Virus record (IMG/VR): IMGVR_UViG_3300004806_000019
Location: 20,224-84,223 of that record
Origin: a virus
Reading direction: 5' to 3' (one strand)
Length of the DNA stretch: 64,000 bases
Below, piece by piece: positions 48,099-57,000 of the stretch. The position numbers and the translations under genes are program-made. The notes below the pieces were generated by a model. It was given only the letters and a program-made list of their open reading frames with translations, ran no database searches and was not told the DNA's origin. Positions within the stretch are counted from its first letter, which is position 1. Each line of letters begins with the position of its first letter.

Positions 48099-51000
48099 TG
48101 CCTGAAGATCGCGCAGATGCTCCCCTACCGGAATCAGTGGACATTTCGGAGGCTACTCCTGCACCTGTTATAAACTATGTTAATTACACTCCCGCCCCGA
48201 CTCAGGCGCCAATAAAATCATCATTGCCTCCTTTGACACCGCGTCCAACAGAAAAGCCAGCACAAGGTCTTCCGTTAGACGTTGTTAAGCAGAAAGTGGC
48301 AAAGTTAAAAGATGCCGGTTATTCGCAGGATGAGATTGCTGAATCTCTTATGAAGAATCCTTTTTTCGGCCCTCGTATATCTGAGGCGGCTGATAAAGGA
48401 TGGGAATATCCAGAAATTTTTTCGAGATTTGGCCTCGATGGATATGATCCAACGGAAGGTGGTCCGTTAAAGACTCCATGGCGATATGTCAAAGCAGGCG
48501 TTGAATCTGCTGGGGAAATGATTGGAAACACTCTCCAGGGCGGAGCTATCGCTTCAGACCGAAGATCTTTATATGCTCCATATTATGAGGACTACACCTC
48601 GTTTAAGAGCAAGTCTCCTGAAGAGCAGCAGCAGATTCTTAGTAAGATCGCTAATAGTGATATGGACTTGGAGGCCAGACAGAATCTTACAAAAGAGTTC
48701 CGCAGGCTTCAAGAGGGGGCAAATCCTAGACAATTTGACATGCTGGCAAATCAGCCAGTTGAACAATTGCCTGGATACAAAGTTGGACAATGGTTCAAAG
48801 ACACCACACAGGGACTGCTTAATCCTGAAGAGGAAAAGCTAACTGGCGTTAGGATTGCTAAAGCTGCTGCCCCTATCGTTCCTGCTATGGCTGCAACAGC
48901 ACTTGCCGGTCCTGCTGGCCCAATGGCTCTGTTTGGCGGGTCTTCTTATCAAGAGGGTTATGAGAAGGCAAAAAAGGTTGGCGCCTCAGAAGAAGCTGCC
49001 CGTGACGCTGCTATGAAAGAAGCCGGTATTGGTGCTGCCGCTGGTGTTCTGGATGTTGGAGCCATATTAGGCCCAATAGCAAAATACTCTCCTGAACTCC
49101 TTAATAGGGCGCAAGCAATCCTTTATAAAGGTATTCAAAGCGGTGTCATTGGAAGTTCAGTCGGAGAAGCTCAAAAGTGGCTGAATGCTCAGATTGAACG
49201 CACAACTTATGATCCAAATGCACAATATAAATTTGATCCGACAGAAGCTGCGATTGGATTTGCAGGGATGGCAATTCCAGGTGCAGTTCATGGGGCATTC
49301 CATGAGCAAGCCCCAAAAGAAACCGCTCCGACAGGAACAGATATTCCTCATCCATCATTGATTGCCCATGCTTATTGGAGGATTGATGAGCTTGAGTCTA
49401 TCTACAATGGAACAGAGGGAAACCCTCCAAGGGATCTAACTCCTGCTGAAGCTGCCGAATACGCATTTCTTCAGAAGAACAAAAATAAGCCCGAAGAGCT
49501 TTCTAAAGTGATTCGTGGGACTGAGCCTTCTGAGCAACCGGAGCCGACTCAAGCGCCAACAGTTACGCCAGCCCCAACTGTTTCTAAATCTAATAAGCCT
49601 CCGAAAGCGACAAAGGCTCCTGTGCAGGCTGAGATACAAGCTCAACCTGAAGCGCAAGTTCAACCGGAAACACAGGATAAGGTTCAAGAGGCTGCTAACG
49701 CCCTTGTCGAAGAGGCAAAGCAGAATCCTACGGTTACAACACCTGAAAAAGATAGTGATATCTCCGCTCAAATTAAGGAGATGATCAACCCAAACAACCC
49801 GAGAGATTCTGTCTACATTGCTCCAGGGAATGAGCATGAAATCCCTGTCAGTGCTTTAGATCATCCAGGTGTTGAGCTTGCTGAAAATCCCGTTAGTAAG
49901 GCTTTGTTGCTAACGACCAATATGGACAAAGCCATAGATTTTCAGAAGAACAGAGATCTCACAGAAGAAGAGAAAGCCAATTTGCTGGGTCTTTCTCAAC
50001 CCAAAACTGAGGCGTTAAAAGATCCTAATGCTGTCGTCGTTCAAGGGAAGAATGAGGATGGCGCTATTGTTCATCAGGAGCTTACCTCACAGGATAACCT
50101 GCCTAACTCTGTAGAGAACACAGCGAATAGGACTCCTGAAACTGGTCAAGTTGAAGTCGCCAGCACAACAGGAGCGCAAGCCCATAGAGTTGGTGGTGAT
50201 GATCAAGCTGTTCCTGTGGCAAAAGGAAAGGTTCCGACTCCCGATCCTGAGATACAGATTGCTGAGATCCGTAAGCAGATTGAATCATTTGAAGAACATC
50301 GGGATCAAGCTCTTGAAGTTGGGGATACTCCTACGGCTCAGAATTGGCATAACCGTATAAGGGAGGCTAATGAACAAATAGCCGAGCTTCAAAGAGGTCA
50401 ACCGTTAGAAAAAGAGCCAGCAGTTCAAGAGAGTGAACCCGCTTCTCCGCAGGCTCCGTCAACCGATATTCCTTGGGAAAATCATTATCAACGAGCAGTT
50501 GATGTCGTTGGGAGCGAGAGTTTCCCGCTTAAAAGCAAACCACTTGCAGATAAGCTTGGGGTTGATGAGGCTATGGCAACAAGGCTTTTACAAGCCATGG
50601 CGTCCAGGGGAGCTATTAGGCAAACAAAGAATGGTGGGTTTTCACGAAATCCAGATAGAGGCCCGTTAGACTTTCTTACATTCTTGGCAGCAAAGGGAGG
50701 TCTTCGGGATGATGAAGGCCATCTTCTTGCTCAAAGTATGGACGCTCAGAGGATGGTTCCGAATTACGGACCTTTAATCCGTAAGAATGGAATGGGGATT
50801 GATCAGGCAGGGGAAGCTTTGTGGCAGGCCGGATATTTTGGCCCGACTGATTCTACGCCAAGGCCAACAGAGACAGAAGTATTAAACAAGCTAAGTGAAG
50901 CCCTGAATGGGAGACTTCCTCTTGAAGAGCGGTATTCTGAATATGACCGAGATCGGGTGCAAAAGATTCAGGACACCAAGACCGCTAAAGATCGGGAGAA

Positions 51001-54000
51001 GCTTGAAAAAACAGCTAGGGCTGACATTGAGAAGCTTAATGAAGAAAAGACATATGGATTAACCCCAGAAGAAAAAGCTAGAGCGATTGAGCTTTTGGTT
51101 GAGCATCCAGAGGATTTCTCTCCAGAGGAGGCTGTTGTTCACGTTCTCGATACGTCAATGATTGAGGATCTTCATGGGGCTATTGACGTAGCAAGGGATG
51201 CACATGATGACGAGTTTTCCGATATACCGTTTGAGTGGCCAGCAGAGGTTGAACCTCCTCAACGAGGCGAAGAGGAGGGTAAAGGGACAGAAGTCTCTAT
51301 CCCCACTTCAGAGGAGGAATCTGGCACGGTTGGCAAAGAACCTGGAGAAGGTGAACGCCAAGATCTCCGTGACAAAGAAATAGGTGATGTCATTGGTGCA
51401 GGGGAACGGACAGCCCCACCAATGGACAGAGAGCGTCAGCAGGCGGAAATAAGGGCGCGACAGGCAGGTAAGAAAAGAAGCGGAAAAGAACAAGAAGAAC
51501 CGGGCGGGATGTTTGCCACGGAAGAAAAGGGGTTATTTTCCGAACCGAAGAAAACCGCTGATTATGGAACTCAGAATAAGGTCATTACAGCAGACGCGGC
51601 GGAGAAAGCTAGAGAGCTTCTTCGCAAGAAATCAAATCAGATTAATGCTGGTATTGACCCTGAAACCATGTTGGCTGGTGTTACGCTTGCTGCCTATCAC
51701 ATAGAGGCAGGAACAAGAAAGTTCGTAGATTTTGCAAGGGCTATGGTTTCTGATGTCGGCGCATGGATTAAGCCGTACCTGAAGTCATGGTATAATGCGA
51801 TCCGCGATTATCCGGGGTTGGAGGAAGCTGCCAAGGACATGACGCCGCATGAAGAAATGAATGCGGCCATGGATCAATTGGAAAGGGAAGGCTATGTATC
51901 AAGCGAATCCAGAGGTCTGGAACAAACTGGCGAGGGACCAAAAACTGAAAACGCCATGGGCAAAGAGGCTCTTCCCACTGAAGAGAGAGGAGCTTCACAA
52001 GGCGTTAGAGAAAGAAACGGAGAAGCTGAAGCAAGAGGGAATAACAAGCCCTCAAGTGAGGAGCAGCTTCCTTCAGATGGCGCCTCTTCTGTGGGAGAGA
52101 GAGGCAATAGCGAAAGAGACGCAGGAGAACCCGGCTTTGGGGCAGTGCCTGCCGAACGTGGAGGACGCCCAGGAGGCTACGATGTTAGCCAGCATGGACC
52201 GGCCATTGAGCATATCGAACCAGAAGAAGTTAATAAAACTGCTGGAGACTCCAAGACAGTAGCTCAGAGGTTTGCAGAGCAGAAGATTGCAAACTCTCGT
52301 CCAGTTGTCTGGAACGATATTAATAACATCAGAGAGACATTACCCGCTCTATTCCCTGATCAACAAGATGATGTTCATAAGTCTGAAAAACGTCTGAGTG
52401 TTGCTCATGGGATTATGATTACCAACGGAACTGGCACCGGCAAGACATGGAGTGCTGGTGGTGTAATCGCTAGATTTGTCCGTCAGGGAAAAGAAGACAT
52501 TCTTGTTGTTGCCCCCTCTCAGGACATCCTCACTGATTGGAAAGCTGCCCTTAAACATCTTGGTGTCGATGCCTCCGTTTTAGAAGGGACGCAGAAGTCT
52601 GGTAAGGGCGTAACACTTACTACCTATGCTAATCTTGGGGAAAATCGCCATATAGCGGATCGGAACTGGCATTTAGTTGTCGCAGACGAAAGCGATAATC
52701 TTATGTCAGATCAAAAAGGGAATACCACAAAAGCTCTAAATAGCTTCAGGGCGATCACGAACCATCCCGACGCATTGTATATTAGAGCGGATATGGCTTT
52801 GAGGGATCTTAATGATCGTGTTGCAGATCTCTCAGAGCGTGTTCATAAAAATTATAACAACAAAGAACTGACCTCTCAGTGGATAAACGCCCAGAGAGAG
52901 CTTGAGCAAAAACGCAAAGAGTTGGTTGATGTATACAAAGATCAACCGCGATCAAAGGCTATATTCCTTTCGGCCACTCCATTTTCATATGACAAAACAA
53001 CTGACTATGGAAATGGCTATCTGTTCGATTATCAAAAAGAAGGTAATAGAAGTGGGTATAACGTAGCTGAAGGTCGTAACCTTTTTATGGTTCAGAACTT
53101 TGGCTATCGGATGAGAAATGGGAAACTCACGGCTCCAGAAGCAAATGTTAATAGTGAGGTTCTTGAAAGAGATTTTCATGAACGCCTGAAGAAAGAAGGG
53201 GCTTTGATCGGGAGACGGTTGGAGGTTGATTCTGACTATGATCGTAAGTTCATATTAGTTAATGACGCTATTGGGAATAACATTGACCGGCTTCTTGAGT
53301 TTTTGCGTGAATCTGATGACGGGAAATTCCGTCCGATCTATTCATTCGTTAATGATAGATTTGATTATCTTTCAAGGCAGAGGTTGCTTGAGGCAATCAA
53401 GGCCAATCACGCAATCCCTATTATTCGGGAACACCTTGCTCTTGGCAGAAAGGTTGTTGTCTTCCATGACTTCAATGAAGGTGGTGGATTCCATCCTTTT
53501 GATACGAGTGAAATTCCAAATAACCCTGTCTTTGTTACCGTCAATGGAAAGTCACATGAGTTCAATTTAAAAGACCTCGCAAACGAATTTCACGACAGGA
53601 ACCCTGACGCAATAAAAATGGACTTCTCATCTATGAAAAGTCCGATTGAAACGATGACCAAGGCTTTTCCAGAAGCTCTTGTCTACAATGGAACGGTAAG
53701 TTCCAAGAACAGGGCCACCATCAAGCAACTCTTTAATCAAGATGGTTCTGGCAGAGATGTCATTGTTATTCAATCGGCTGCTGGTAGAGCGGGAATAAGC
53801 CTGCACGACACAACGGGAGTCCATCAAAGGGTTTTAATTAATCTTGGTATGCCCACTCGGCCAACAACCTCAATTCAACAAGAGGGGCGCATTTATCGTA
53901 CAGGGCAAAAGTCCGATGCAATGTTCCGGTATATGAATACTGGCACAGCATGGGAGCGGGAAGCATTTGCCAGTAGGATTGCTGAACGGGCAAGCTCAGT

Positions 54001-57000
54001 TGAAAACCTTGGAATGGGGAACCAAGCACGTCAATTGAAGCAATCATTCATTGATGCCTTCAATGACACATCTGAGTACCCTCCTTCTCCTGAAGAGGGA
54101 AAAGGTGGGAAATCATTAGACCGTCAGACATTCAGTGATATGTCTGATTTTGAAAGAGCTAAAACTTATTACTTTGCAGAGCAGAAGAAGACGGGTCGCA
54201 GAGATCAGCGTGAGGGTGTTGACTATTTTCCAACACCAGAACCGTTGGCACAGAAGATGGTTGAATGGGCAAATGTTAAGCCCGGAGAGAAAATCCTTGA
54301 ACCATCTGCTGGTCATGGCGCGATATCTCGTTATTTCCCAGAATCTACAGAACGCACTATCGTTGAGCCGTCTAAGGATCTTGCAACCAGAGCCAGCCTA
54401 ATGACTCCTGGCGCTAGAGTGGTGAACGATAAGTTTGAGAATCTGCATATCTCAAATAAGTACGATGGGATTGTTATGAATCCACCTTTTGGCATTGGTG
54501 GAAAAATGGCAATTGAACATCTGGCTAAAGCTGCTTCCCATGTTCGGGAAGGAGGGAGGATCGTTGCCCTTCTCCCAGAAGGACCGGCAACCGATAAACG
54601 TCTTGCTGCATTTAGAGATAGTGATGCGGCAAAAGACCTTCATCTAGTTGGAACGGTATCCTTGCCGACTCATATGTTTGATCGGGCAGGAACAAACGTT
54701 AAGTCTCATGTTCTTATATTTGAAAAGCATACCGTTCCAAAACAGGCAAATCAGTATGGCTCTGATGTCGGAGATAAGATCCGATCTGTTGTACACCATG
54801 CAGATCTGTCTAACTCTCCAAGCATTAACGATACGTTCAATCGACTTGAGCATTTGTCGATGCCTGATCGTATTGAGCCGGTGACTAAAGAGGTTGAGGC
54901 TCCAGAAGTTCCATCAAATGGAAAGGTTGTCGTTAGTGGGCTGGCCCTGAGTTCAATAACCAATAAAGACGGGTCTATCATGGTCAGCCCGACCAAGCGT
55001 CTTGGCGCCAATGATTATGCTCGGTTTATGCGGGTTGGTGAGAGATATGGGGGGGTCGAAAATGATTATTATAGTGGATTATCATTTAAATCTCCCGATG
55101 AGCGCAGTGCGTTTTTTAATGCTTTAGAGCGTGGTGAAACAGGGAATGAGCCTTCCGCTGAAGCTCAAAGGCAAATTGATAATGGTGGATTAGGCGTTAC
55201 CTTTGATCGTAAGCAAGGGTTGCGTGAAGATGGTGCTGTTTATGAGAAACTTCATACTCAGACCAGAAAAAAGCTTTTTTATGCAAAGCCTGATAACAGA
55301 GTATCCCCTGAGACTTATCAAAAGCTAAAACAGATTGCTGGAGAAAATGGCGGAGGATTCTGGGACCGCTATGAGAAAGCATTCAGGTTTAATGACGAAG
55401 ATAGCCGTCAAGCATTTATGAATAAAGTTACAGGGTCACTCCCCCTGAAGAGTGGAGACTTGCGGGTTGGCAAGAAAATGGACGCATTATATGTCCATAA
55501 GTCTGCCATCGATACGCTTCCAAAGGATGCTCAAAATCGTATTGAAAGAGCAAAGCCTCCGTTTGATTGGGATGTTGCCAAGATAAAAAGAGACAAAGAT
55601 GGCGCTCTTGAGAATGTCTCTCTTATTGAGGCAAAAGATTTTGATGAAGCTGATGAGCCGAGTGTCGGAAGATCCTTTGTCATAGATAGAGACGGAGAGA
55701 CTCGTATCATCCCAGCTTCTGGGAAAATTTATCATGGTAAATGGCAAATGGTTAAGTCCGACTATCAGGGCTTTGATGTTGATGCCAGCAAGGAAAGAAC
55801 ACGGCTTCTTGACAGCGTAACGTCAACTGAGGACAAGAGACGGTACGGTCAAAAAGATTACATGGATAATGTTGTCGCGCCTAAGCTGTCTAACAATGCA
55901 AAATTAGCAGATCGGTTCTTAACTGATCGGGACAAAGTTCCTGAGACAGTAACAACTCTCGACTACAACCCAAAAGATGGGATTGTTCAAAAAATTAGCT
56001 CGGCTAACACGGTGCGTCGTCAAGCTGCACAAGTTTTCGGCAATGATAAGTTTTATCCTAGATCCGAAACGCCGTCTTTTAATCTTGATCTTGGTGGCGG
56101 AAAATTCCCTGAAGGAACAGAACGACTTGCTGAAAAGGGAATAACCAATCTCATCCATGATAAATATAATCAGAGTGAGCAGCATAACAGGGATGTTGTT
56201 GAGAAGGTAAAGGCTGAGAAGGGAACCGGAATCGTTTCTGCCACTAATGTTCTAAATGTCATCAAGGAACCAATGGCAAGGCTTGACCTTATTCGCCAAG
56301 CTGCAAAAGGTTTGAAGGATGATGGGGTCGCTTATTTCCAAATCCATGAAGGTGATAAGAGTGGAGAAGGGAAAGAGACAAGTGATGGGTGGCAAGCCAA
56401 TAAGCTGACATCAACCTATCTTCCTATGGTCAGGCAGTATTTTGGCAAGGTTAAGCAGGTTGGCAGGCCAGATGCTCCTAAAGGCAATCTAATTATTGCC
56501 GCAGAGCCTAAGAGAATACCGGGACAAACTATTTGGGAAGGCACTGAGCCTTGGGATACCAAAGGCAATACCGTGCCTATGTTCTCGGGGGACGTGCGTA
56601 ATGAGCATTACTTCCCTGAAGATGGTGAGGGCCTGATTGCTCATAATGAATCTTTAAGCCCAGGAGATGCTGAGTTAGTTCATAACGATGCACGGGCATA
56701 TGTTTTGGATCGAGGAAACGAAACCGGCCATGAGCATGGGATTGCTGTTCATTCTGATGGGCGAGTTGAACATTTTACGGAAGGAAAAGAGGATACTCTT
56801 TCTATAAAGAAAGTTGCTCCAGAGCTATATCGTGAGATGGAGCAAGCTGGTAACAACATTGACGTTCATCATAATCACCCAGAGGGAACGAGCGCCCCAC
56901 TATCTGAAAGTGATTTGCAGCTATCGACTCTTGATGGTGTCAATCGTGTAATTGCCCATGCTGGAGACGGTGTATTTTCCGTTGCAAAATGTTCGGACGC

